A stretch of DNA of 64,000 bases from Bryobacterales bacterium (GTDB lineage Bacteria; Acidobacteriota; Terriglobia; Bryobacterales; UBA6623), in NCBI GenBank assembly GCA_965206775.1, contig CBDBKU010000002.1, positions 1,999,796 to 2,063,795 of the forward strand. Direction: 5' to 3'. Each line of letters starts with the position of its first letter. Positions within the stretch are counted from its first letter, which is position 1. The translations under genes and the position numbers were made by a program. Of the stretch, positions 56,389 to 64,000 are shown in pieces. Under the pieces are notes generated by a model that saw nothing but the letters and a program-made list of their open reading frames with translations, was not told the origin of the DNA and searched no databases.

Positions 56389-57648
56389 GTGGTCTTGCAT
56401 ATCGAGTTGGAGACGCACATGACCTTGGACGATCTCCGGGGCTTTCTGGAAGGCAACGCGGAAGGGGCGGTGCTGGTGCCGGATCGGAAGCAGGCCTACG
56501 AGCACATCGGACAAGTACTACAGCGCTTTTCGTACTGGTGCCTGGGCAAGGCAGACAAGGGGTTGCTGCGGCGCTATCTGGCGCGCACCACAGGCATTTC
56601 GCGGGCTCAGCTGGCGCGGCTGATCGCGCGATATATTGCGGACGGGAAGCTAGTGGACCGGCGCAAGGGAGCGGCCAAGCCGCGCCGGCGCAAGTACGGG
56701 CGGGCGGACATCTTGCTGCTGGCCGAGACGGACGAGTTGCACGGGACGCTGTCGGGTCCGGCGACGCTGGAGATCCTGCGACGGGGCTGGAAGGTATTCG
56801 GCGACGCGCGCTTCGAGCGCTTGGCGGAGCTTTCGAACGGGCACCTGTACAACCTGCGGCGCTCGACGAAGTACCTGCAGCGGATGGGCGAGAAGGACGC
56901 GACAGGACTGCCCCAGGTTGCGGTCGAGGAGCGCCGGCCGCCACGCCCGGAGGGCCTGCCGGGCTACCTGCGGGTCGATTCGGTGCATCAAGGGGACTTG
57001 GACCGAGTTACGGGTGTCTACCAGATCGACGTGGTGGACGAGGTGACGCAGTTCCAGTTCGTGGGGAGCGTGGAGCGAATCAGCGAGGACCATCTGGTAA
57101 CGGTGCTGGAGAGCTTGCTGGAATCGTTCCCGTTCCGTGTGCGCGGCTTTCATTCCGCCAACGAATCCGAATACGCGAGCTACCGAGTGGCGGGGCTGCT
57201 GGAGGAGCTGCGGGTGGGGGAGCTCACCGAGTCGGGGCCGCCGCGCAGCAAAGGCAACGCCCTGGTGAACAGCGAGAACAGAACTGTGGTCCGCAAGCAT
57301 CTCGGCTGCGGCCAACCCCTGGGGCGGTGCGCGGAGCGGATGGATGCGTTCAACCGCGAGGTGCTGTTGCCGTACCTGAACTATCACCGCCCGTGCTATT
57401 TCCCGAGCGAGGAAGTGGATGCGAACGGCACGGTTCGCAAGCTCTACCGGCGGCAGGATCTGATGACGCCATACGAGAAGCTGAAGTCGCTACCGGGAGC
57501 GGAGGCCTGCTTGCGGCCCGGGATCGACTTCGCGTCCCTAGAGGCGCAGGCGCGCGTGCGGAGCGACAACGAGGCTGCGCGGCGGCTGAACGAGGCGCGC
57601 GACGAGCTGTTCGCGGCGATCCGGAGGGATCTGGCGCGCGCGGCCTGA
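56389..57648 (+). CDS. rve-type (retroviral-integrase-fold) DDE transposase homologue with substituted catalytic residues
   Basis: PGYLRVDSVHQGDLDRVTGVYQIDVVDEVTQFQ, FHSANESEY, NALVNSENRTVVRKHLG, LNYHRPCYFP, MTPYEKLKSLPGAE. The family normally reads HSDNGSEY and NALxESKNG at the second Asp and the Glu (from memory). Confidence 0.7.
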   Translation: MVLHIELETHMTLDDLRGFLEGNAEGAVLVPDRKQAYEHIGQVLQRFSYWCLGKADKGLLRRYLARTTGISRAQLARLIARYIADGKLVDRRKGAAKPRRRKYGRADILLLAETDELHGTLSGPATLEILRRGWKVFGDARFERLAELSNGHLYNLRRSTKYLQRMGEKDATGLPQVAVEERRPPRPEGLPGYLRVDSVHQGDLDRVTGVYQIDVVDEVTQFQFVGSVERISEDHLVTVLESLLESFPFRVRGFHSANESEYASYRVAGLLEELRVGELTESGPPRSKGNALVNSENRTVVRKHLGCGQPLGRCAERMDAFNREVLLPYLNYHRPCYFPSEEVDANGTVRKLYRRQDLMTPYEKLKSLPGAEACLRPGIDFASLEAQARVRSDNEAARRLNEARDELFAAIRRDLARAA

Positions 57649-57719
57649 GGGCGGGGCTGACTATCGGCCACAGTTTGCCGCTCGGTAGGTGCCGTCGCTG
57701 CAGCGGTGGCTGCACATCG

Positions 57720-58000
57720 AAGGCCTGATGCTTGCGTCCTACGCCGTGCGGCACTTCCTGCACGCGGTCGCGCGGCCGGGCGACGAGGACCCTGACCGCT
57801 ATTTGTTCAACCATGCCGCGAGGGTTGTCCGTCGCCGGGTCCAGATTCCCGGGGCTTCCCCCTGGGGGCCGCAAGCAGGCGATCGAGCAGGCCGCCACAC
57901 ACGAAGTTCTCGAGGAACGCGCCGAGTCGAGCCGAGGCCAGAGTAAGCCGCGCGGCGTGAAGGGGACGATGAGCGAATACGAGGTTCGTCATCGGCAGCG
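57720..58000 (+). pseudogene. C-terminal remnant of an IS4-like transposase (frameshifted, approximate limits)
   Basis: ASYAVRHFLHAVARPGDEDPDRYLFNHAARVVRRRV. In a second frame: RKQAIEQAATHEVLEERAESSRGQSKPRGVKGTMSEYEVR. Confidence 0.4.
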
Positions 58001-58121
58001 GTGCATGCGCTCCCCGCAAGGCGTGCTACGCTGGCCTTGGCTGGTACCGGCCCCGCGTCCCTGAAATCCGTAGGGTATAGCCCTGCCAGACTGCCGGGCG
58101 GCCGCGTCGGATCGGGAAATC

Positions 58122-58829
58122 ATGGCGGCGCAAGAAGAGCTGGAGCTTCCAGGGCGCCTGCGCGGGCTCTTCGACAACGCGACAGGCTTGCTCGCCGAGT
58201 TCATTGACCTCGACAAGGTGCTGCTGGGCGGTGGAACGGTATTGGCCGCAAGGTGGCAGCACCGTCAGAGTTTCGACATCGACCTGTTCATGGATCCTGC
58301 GGTCTTCGAGACTGCCATCTTCCACAAACTGACCGAATTCGAGGACAGGTTGGCAAAACATCCCTTCGGGCAGATCTCGAGTGTCGGATCGACAGGATGC
58401 ACGATCATCGGCACTCCTGAAGGAAACGTCGACATCGTTGGCAGCCGGCCGGCCACCGGTTGCAGCTGGTCCGCCGAGCGCGTGGCCGGCAGTCCCGTTC
58501 ATGCCGAAACAACGGCCGAGATCCTCGCCAAGAAGCTGCATCGCCGGATGCTCGAGCAGGGGCGCGTGGTTCCACGCGACCTATACGACATCGCGGTTGC
58601 TCGGCAAGTTGATCCACGCGCGCTGGAGACGGCATGGGCAGCCGAGCCGATTCGCTCCAGCGGCCCCCTGCTGGCCTGCCTGAACAGCTTCGGAGCGCGA
58701 TGGATGGAGCGTCAGAATGAGCCCGTGATCCAGGCGCGGTACCCGCGCCTGGAACGCAACGCCGTCGCGGCGATGCTCGATGATGTTCGCACCCGGACGG
58801 CGTCGATCATCGAGATGCGCGGCAGGTAG
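58122..58829 (+). CDS. AbiEii/AbiGii-family nucleotidyltransferase (type IV TA toxin-like, DUF1814)
   Basis: LLGGGTVLAARWQHRQSFDIDLFMD (NTase G-x-x and DxD region) and VVPRDLYDIAVARQVDP. 235 aa. Confidence 0.75.
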   Translation: MAAQEELELPGRLRGLFDNATGLLAEFIDLDKVLLGGGTVLAARWQHRQSFDIDLFMDPAVFETAIFHKLTEFEDRLAKHPFGQISSVGSTGCTIIGTPEGNVDIVGSRPATGCSWSAERVAGSPVHAETTAEILAKKLHRRMLEQGRVVPRDLYDIAVARQVDPRALETAWAAEPIRSSGPLLACLNSFGARWMERQNEPVIQARYPRLERNAVAAMLDDVRTRTASIIEMRGR

Positions 58830-58833
58830 CGCC

Positions 58834-59454
58834 ATGCCCATCAACCTCGAACGAGTGCGCGAGGCCTTCTATGGCCCCCGGCTGGCCATCCCGCTGGATC
58901 ACCGGCCCACCGCGGAGGAAGTCCTTGCAGAGCACGAGCACGTGGCAATCGAGTCGATGCTCTCCCTCGGCCTTGACCCAGCCCGGGCGGGGCTGGGCGA
59001 GCACGGCTCGCTCATCGGCGGCCCCGGGAAGCCCTTGCGGGTGGTCGGCCGCCCCATCCATCGCCTGTTGCGCCTGCCACCCTTGCCACTGGAGTGGTTC
59101 GACTACCCCGAGGCCAGGTGCCACTGGACCCCTCGCGGAAGCGCGCGGGATGCCGACAGGCGACAGGCCGAACTGCTGAAGAGCCTGGTGCAGCGACACC
59201 TCGCGGGGTTCCCCGTACGACCGGAGCCGGCCACGTTGCGCGCGTGGATCCAGTCACCGGAGACGTCGTCCCCGAACAGGCCGGCACTTTACAACATCTT
59301 TGAGAACATCTCGATGATGGAGTGCATGCAGCTGCTGGACCAGGGGCGCTTCTCGGTCTACGAGGTCGCCCGCGCCATCACCTTTTCAGAGGCTGGCGCG
59401 CCGGACCTGATCCAGTGGCTGCACCAATTCGCATGGGACCCCCGCCAACGCTAG
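58834..59454 (+). CDS. Hypothetical protein, 4 nt downstream of the AbiEii-like gene
   Basis: 206-aa ORF with ATG at 58834. I recognise no family. The C-terminal segment MECMQLLDQGRFSVYEVARAITFSEAG could be a helix-turn-helix (guess). Confidence 0.5.
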   Translation: MPINLERVREAFYGPRLAIPLDHRPTAEEVLAEHEHVAIESMLSLGLDPARAGLGEHGSLIGGPGKPLRVVGRPIHRLLRLPPLPLEWFDYPEARCHWTPRGSARDADRRQAELLKSLVQRHLAGFPVRPEPATLRAWIQSPETSSPNRPALYNIFENISMMECMQLLDQGRFSVYEVARAITFSEAGAPDLIQWLHQFAWDPRQR

Positions 59455-59944
59455 AGCCCCCACGCCTGCGCGGACACGCCAGCGATGCGAGCACGAGACC
59501 CCCGACCCGCAAGATGTCGATGGCCGCCTTAAAACCCCGGCGGACCGACAGGCCGGCTCCCCAGTTGACCCGTTGCGGGCGTTCCCCCTGCACTCACAAG
59601 CATCGCCGCCAGGTGGCTGCCAAGCGAGATCTGATGAACTCCTGAAGAGCAATCTGCACCATCAGTGCAGGCGCTTGCCAGGCTTCGGATATGAGACCAG
59701 TCCCGGGAGCCGCCGAAATCGGGTCGCCGCGGGCCACGCGGCTTCCGCCGTGACGCAATCGCCGAAGAAATCTGGGTTTGTTTGCCATGCCCCGCGCGCA
59801 GGCGCGATCGCACCGCTTGAGCCCCCGTTGGGAAGGGACAGTCCAGGGGTACGAAACGGGATCCGGCTCGCTCGCGCGCTGGGCGGACGCAAACGGCCTG
59901 TCCAGCCTCGAGGGCCTGGACGAGAGCGCGATGCGGGCGTGGAT

Positions 59945-60067
59945 GGAGAGCTGGACGTCTACTCCAAGCCCCCCTTCGCCGGTCCCGCCCAGGTCCTCGC
60001 CTACCTCGCCCGCTACACCCATCGCGTCGCCATCTCCAACCACCGCCACACGCACACGGCCGAGTAG
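59945..60067 (+). pseudogene. IS91-family (Y2/HUH) transposase C-terminal fragment
   Basis: LDVYSKPPFAGPAQVLAYLARYTHRVAISNHR. Confidence 0.55.
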
Positions 60068-60147
60068 GAGTCAACTAGAAACACGTCCGCGACATTGCCG
60101 ACCGCGAATCGGAACACTGGCAGCAGGATTGACCGCAAGGCACATTT

Positions 60148-60168
60148 AGACCAGTCTGAATATGGTCT
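60148..60168. promoter_or_regulatory. Inverted repeat AGACCA-n9-TGGTCT upstream of phd/vapC; candidate operator
   Basis: It lies 38 bp upstream of the GTG at 60206, with a GAGGAGG RBS at 60191-60197. The function is inferred from position only. Confidence 0.3.
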
Positions 60169-60205
60169 GTTTTGCCGACCCCTAGGAATTGAGGAGGCTT
60201 GACGC

Positions 60206-60448
60206 GTGTCCGTGATCGGTGCATTCGAGGCAAAAACGCATTTGCCGCAACTTCTACGACGAGTTCAGGAAGGTGAACGATTCGTCATCACAAAACACCA
60301 TCGTCCGGTGGCCGAACTAATTCCATTCAGACAGCGCGACTCCGCAAGAATCCGCGCTGCAATCGATCGATTGGCGGCGTTTCAGAAAACTCACAGCCTG
60401 CGGGGGCTGCCAGTCCGCCAGTTGATCGAGGACGGACGTCGTTTCTGA
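60206..60448 (+). CDS. Phd/YefM-type antitoxin
   Basis: VIGAFEAKTHLPQLLRRVQEGERFVITKHHRPVAELIPF. GTG start behind a strong RBS. Confidence 0.85.
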   Translation: MSVIGAFEAKTHLPQLLRRVQEGERFVITKHHRPVAELIPFRQRDSARIRAAIDRLAAFQKTHSLRGLPVRQLIEDGRRF

Positions 60449-60864
60449 TGGCGTTCGTGCTGGACTGCTCGGTGACCATGGCGTGGGTTTTCTCCGACGA
60501 GGCCAGCGAAGCAACAGGCCGATTGCGTGAGACCCTGATCGAAGACACCGCGTTCGTCCCGGCGCTCTGGCCGATCGAGACCGGAAACGTCCTGTTGATG
60601 GCGACCCGCAGGGGACGGATTGCCACGGATGACTGGCATCAGATTCGGGTGGATCTCGAGGCATTGCCTATTCACATCGATCCCGTCTCCACAGATCGGG
60701 TGTGGGGTGCCGTGCTGGATCTCGCCCACGCGCACCGGATCTCGGTGCATGACGCGATGTACCTCGAACTAGCGCTGCGGATGCGGCTGCCCCTCGCGAC
60801 ATTGGACCGGGCGCTCGCAGCCGCCGCACAGGCTAAAGGGGTCGAAGCGCTGTGGGCCACCTAG
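60448..60864 (+). CDS. vapC: VapC-type PIN-domain ribonuclease toxin
   Basis: The ATG overlaps the antitoxin stop (TGATG). MAFVLDCSVTMAWVF..LWPIETGNVL..ISVHDAMYLELALRMRLPLATLD has the acidic PIN residues in place. Confidence 0.85.
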   Translation: MAFVLDCSVTMAWVFSDEASEATGRLRETLIEDTAFVPALWPIETGNVLLMATRRGRIATDDWHQIRVDLEALPIHIDPVSTDRVWGAVLDLAHAHRISVHDAMYLELALRMRLPLATLDRALAAAAQAKGVEALWAT

Positions 60865-61633
60865 CCGCGGAGAGATTCGGACTTCGCCGAGCTGTGACTT
60901 GCATGCGAAGCTTCGCCAGGCGAAGTGCCGCGATCCCAGTCCAGCGTGCTTCCGAAAGTGACAGGTCCCGATCACGACCCCATTGGAATGTACGCCGTAG
61001 ATTCCAGGGTCAACAGCGTTGCGCCACCGTTGTTCGTGCACGCCCTCTCCAATGACGGTAGGGCCCGCGATGCCACGATTGCGCTGCTGCAGTTCGAGAA
61101 GTGGTGGATCGCGGTTCGCTCCCTAGCCATTTTCGAAGATCAGGAGTCGATCAATCGAAAAGTGCTGGTGCGCTCCAGCGACGTGTGCGAGAAGCAGTAT
61201 TCCAGCCTGACCCCGAATCGGGAGCGGGTCACCCGCTTTCTGAGCTAGAGCAGTTTGCGTTGACCGCGAATTAGCGCCTGCAGTGACTGGGGCCGGGGGC
61301 AGCAGAGACGGGCTCTGCCCAGTTTCCGACAGTCTTCCGTGCTGATGAGACAAGCTGGATCCGGTCTCGCCACCCGGGGACCCGTGCCAGCCTGGTGGAC
61401 AAAGACGTTTCTTGCAGTCATCCATCGGGCCTTCACGAAGTCGGCTGCCGATCCGGTCGGTTGTGCTGCCGATTACGGGCACCAGGGAAGGAGACTCAGT
61501 GGTGCGGACCGGCACGGCACAGAGGAGCCGCGAGCCTGCGCCCGCTATTGCACTCCAACCCTCGCATCAGCCCCCAGCTGTGCGGCAGCTGCGCCAGTGG
61601 CACTCCAATATGTGGAATGGCTGCGTTTCCATA

Positions 61634-61774
61634 GCCGCCCCAAACTCGGCGGCGCTGAACAACCTGGTGCTGCCGCTAATCCTGCCGCAGAAGCTCGGCA
61701 CGGTGCAAGACGCGCAGATCCTCTACGTCGCGAACACTGGCAAGGCGCTGCAGTTCCTGCTCGCGCGGGCCTAG
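61634..61774 (+). pseudogene. ISAs1-family transposase C-terminal fragment
   Basis: AAPNSAALNNLVLPLILPQKLGTVQDAQILYVANTGKALQFLLARA parallels the end of the 28690..30471 transposase (GPSNAAALNNLALALLLSQRPQDTVPEAQTYYAGNRDEALQLLLTPG). Confidence 0.55.
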
Positions 61775-61915
61775 CTGGCCGGAAGGCCCTCCCCGCCGAA
61801 GCAGTTCGTCCAGATTCATGCTTGACAGGGTCGCCGATGTAGAGTTCCGGCAGGTGTCCCGGACCGATCTGAGTTCGCCCCTCCAGTGCGAGTTCCCGCT
61901 GGCGGCGGTCGGCCT

Positions 61916-63398
61916 CTACCGCAGCGTGTTTCGGTTGTTTTCGGACGCTGTGTAGCCCACGAACCGGGTCGGGTCGGTGCCGTTCAGGTATTCCTCGACC
62001 TCGGTGTAGCCGTCGCGTTCTCTGTCTAGCGTGGGATCCGCGGCGGCGCGAGAATCGAGTCCGAACTGCTCTTCCCACGCGTCGGGCATCCCGTCCCCGT
62101 CGCTATCGGCTGGCGGCGGCAAACCTGCTAACTCCGGCCATCCCCCCACATCCTCCGGCGAGTCGACAATGCCGGACGGCTTGGATGCATCAATTTCTGG
62201 ATGCGCTTTCTTGTATCCCGTTCCTTCGTACGTCGCGTCGCCTCGGCGTGTCTTCTCGACGACACGTCGATCGACGACATCCCGTTTGGGCAAGCTCGCG
62301 CCCGCATCGCGAAGGACGTCACGGTAAGCCTCTTCCGCTGATTGCTCGTGGATCGGCATCGCCGGCCAGGGCTCGTCGAGCTTCAAGACGGAAACGTGAG
62401 CATTCCCGTGCTGCGGTTGCACCCCGCCCTTCCAGTTATCTCGCGAGACGGCGGGACTCCCATGCATGAAACTGCCGGCGATGAACCACCTACCGAAGTC
62501 GTCAGCCTCGTCTTGCGACGAGGAGTTCGCGATCCGGCGCGACACCGTGCCGGCAATCGTCGCGGGGCCGGGCTTGTAGTAGTTGCCGACCATGTTGACG
62601 ACACACTGACTGAACTTCGGGTTGCCTTGCTCCTGTTTCTCGCCTCCGGAGGCGCTGTTGATGCCCCAGTTGAAGATCACGTTGTTGCGATGGTCCGTAT
62701 ATCCGCAGCCTGAAGCGAACCCAGGATTTCGGCTGCTGTGGTGCGCCAGCAAGTTGTGATGGTAAGTGCTGTAGTTGGACCCTCAGATCCCGCCGAATCC
62801 ATGATGGCCTTTGACGTGGTTCGATTCGTACAGGCTTTCCGAGATCAGGCACCACTTGACCGTCACGTTTTCACCGTGATAGAGCGAGACGGCTTCATCG
62901 ATGCTCCAACTAGCGGAAAGATGATCAAGAATGATGTTCTTGTGGTAGCGGCTCGATATGGCATCGGTGTCGTCGCCGGACTCGTCGCCGAGCCGGACGC
63001 GAAGGTATCGGATCACCACCTCGTCGGCGTCGAGCTGAATCGGATGCTTGCGCACGGCGACGCCGTCTCCGGGGGCTGTCTGACCGGCGATGGTGACGTA
63101 AGGATTGGAGATCTTCAGCGGACTCTCCAGGATGATCGTGTCCGAGACACGGAAGACGATGACCCTCGGCCCTTCGGCTTCAACAGCCGCGCGCAAGCTC
63201 CCCCGGGCCGCTATCGTCCAGGTTCGTCACCGCGATCACCGGTCCTTCCCTGCCGCCTCGGGTCATTGAGCCGTGGCCTTCCGCTCCCGGAAAAGCAGGA
63301 ACGCGCGGAACCTGCCCAAGCGCTTCCGGTCCGGCGATCGCCACGAGAAGGCCGCTTAGAACGGCGAGAACAATCCGCATGGGAGTAAGAGAATTCAT
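61916..63398 (-). pseudogene. Pectate lyase (PL1-like, right-handed beta-helix) with one frameshift and one in-frame TGA
   Basis: Signal peptide MNSLTPMRIVLAVLSGLLVAIAG, then AFPGAEGHGSMTRGGREGPVIAVTNLDDSGPG. A frameshift in the C5 run at 63200-63204 follows, then SLRAAVEAEGPRVIVFRVSDTI...HGFGGI*GSNYSTYHHNLLAHHSSRNP. The TGA at 62783-62785 sits where homologues have Trp. Confidence 0.75.
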
Positions 63399-63627
63399 CT
63401 TGGATCTTTCGATGCTACTGCGAGCCGAGACTGGCTCTCGCCGCCTCGTTAGGATCATGGCTACTCGGATTCCGCAGAGCAAGCGCGGACCACCAGAGCG
63501 ATGAACGCCGTTGCACCGAAGGTATTGCAGCCAGAGTCGGGCGAAGCGTACCCCTATGGTCCACCCGCTCGGAGTCCCGACGGCGTGATCGATGTGGGCG
63601 AAGGGGTTCCCTTTTGCCCACTTCAGA

Positions 63628-64000
63628 TCAGTTGATGGTTTGTCCCCGGCGCAGCTCATCGAGCGTGTAGCCTTCATCGAGCAATTCGTGCAGCCAGGTT
63701 GGTCTGCGGCCCCGGCCAAACCATCGCAAGGTATCGTCTTGCGGGTGGACGAAGCGCCGCTCAGCGCCTTGCGGTGATCCCTCGCCTTGGAATGGGATTA
63801 GCAGTACGGCTTCTTCATCAACCCCGTGCGCCTGTTCCTTCCCGTCTCGCCACAACGGTTGGTTGGGGTTTCTCTTGAGGTGCTCCCATCGTTCGAAATG
63901 AAACTTCCACTCCAAACATAGCGTTCCGCCTTCCGTCATCTGGTCCCCACATCCATTTCGAAACAGGAACAGCATCAACAGCGGGGCACCTCGGCCAGTC
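63628..64000 (-). CDS. Hypothetical protein with H-NS-like C-terminal DNA-binding motif; possibly 5'-partial (frame open to window end)
   Basis: The C-terminus RFVHPQDDTLRWFGRGRRPTWLHELLDEGYTLDEL fits the H-NS/MvaT-type W-x-GRGR-x-P-x-W motif. The N-terminal part is unrecognised and does not look coiled-coil. Confidence 0.35.
   Translation of the reverse strand, partial: TGRGAPLLMLFLFRNGCGDQMTEGGTLCLEWKFHFERWEHLKRNPNQPLWRDGKEQAHGVDEEAVLLIPFQGEGSPQGAERRFVHPQDDTLRWFGRGRRPTWLHELLDEGYTLDELRRGQTIN

Noticed and set aside
10239-62785. Possibility that the in-frame TGA/TAG codons reflect an alternative genetic code or programmed recoding
   Set aside because: The residues expected at the stops are inconsistent: Trp in the pectate lyase, Tyr in SoxC, Leu in RelE, and a basic or variable residue in HicA and the integrase tail. 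Many well-supported genes terminate normally at TGA (for example 6927-6929, 33680-33682, 36578-36580) or at TAG (31007-31009, 58827-58829). I saw no SECIS-like context. Pseudogenisation or sequence error is the simpler explanation.
1-64000. CRISPR arrays, rRNA and tRNA genes
   Set aside because: Reading both strands revealed no regularly spaced direct repeats and no rRNA-like or cloverleaf-capable sequences. The only tandem repeats found are coding (23009-23084 and the protease repeats).

Overview
High-GC bacterial chromosomal segment (GC judged by eye only). The gene content suggests an Acidobacteriota-like soil organism, with Planctomycetota or Verrucomicrobiota as alternatives. The evidence is a DUF1592/DUF1552 pair, a Solibacter-type C-terminal domain, a TonB-receptor-like tail remnant, a Tat-exported quinoprotein, a sulfatase, and PL8 and PL1 lyases. 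This taxonomic call is inference only. Bases 1-17.5 kb hold ordinary metabolic and secreted-protein genes. From ~17.6 kb to the end the window is an accessory, heavily rearranged region. It contains three IS elements with defined ends (ISNCY/IS5-like at 17.9-19.8 kb, ISAs1-like at 28.6-30.7 kb, Tn5/IS4-like at 34.2-36.6 kb) and an IS1634-type transposase with unresolved ends. It also has one intact tyrosine integrase in a very GC-rich block and many IS/integrase fragments (ISKra4, IS6, IS91, ISAs1, P4-type and other integrase pieces). There are six type II toxin-antitoxin loci, an AbiEii-type nucleotidyltransferase, and several nuclease or ATPase singletons (two Uma2, DUF4143 ATPase, DUF2161, AAA-ATPase/PDDEXK_9). 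I saw no rRNA, tRNA or CRISPR array. Main observations: (1) two unrelated transposase families each carry an N-terminal DruA-like DUF4338 module; (2) a MITE-like element abuts a full IS and shares a palindromic octamer with it; (3) many otherwise well conserved genes carry a single nonsense codon or a 1-nt frameshift (SoxC, HicA, RelE, pectate lyase and others); (4) a metalloprotease gene is cut by a GC-rich integrase block at its 5' end and by a fresh IS insertion with a 10-bp target duplication. All family assignments come from motif recognition by eye. No database search was run.
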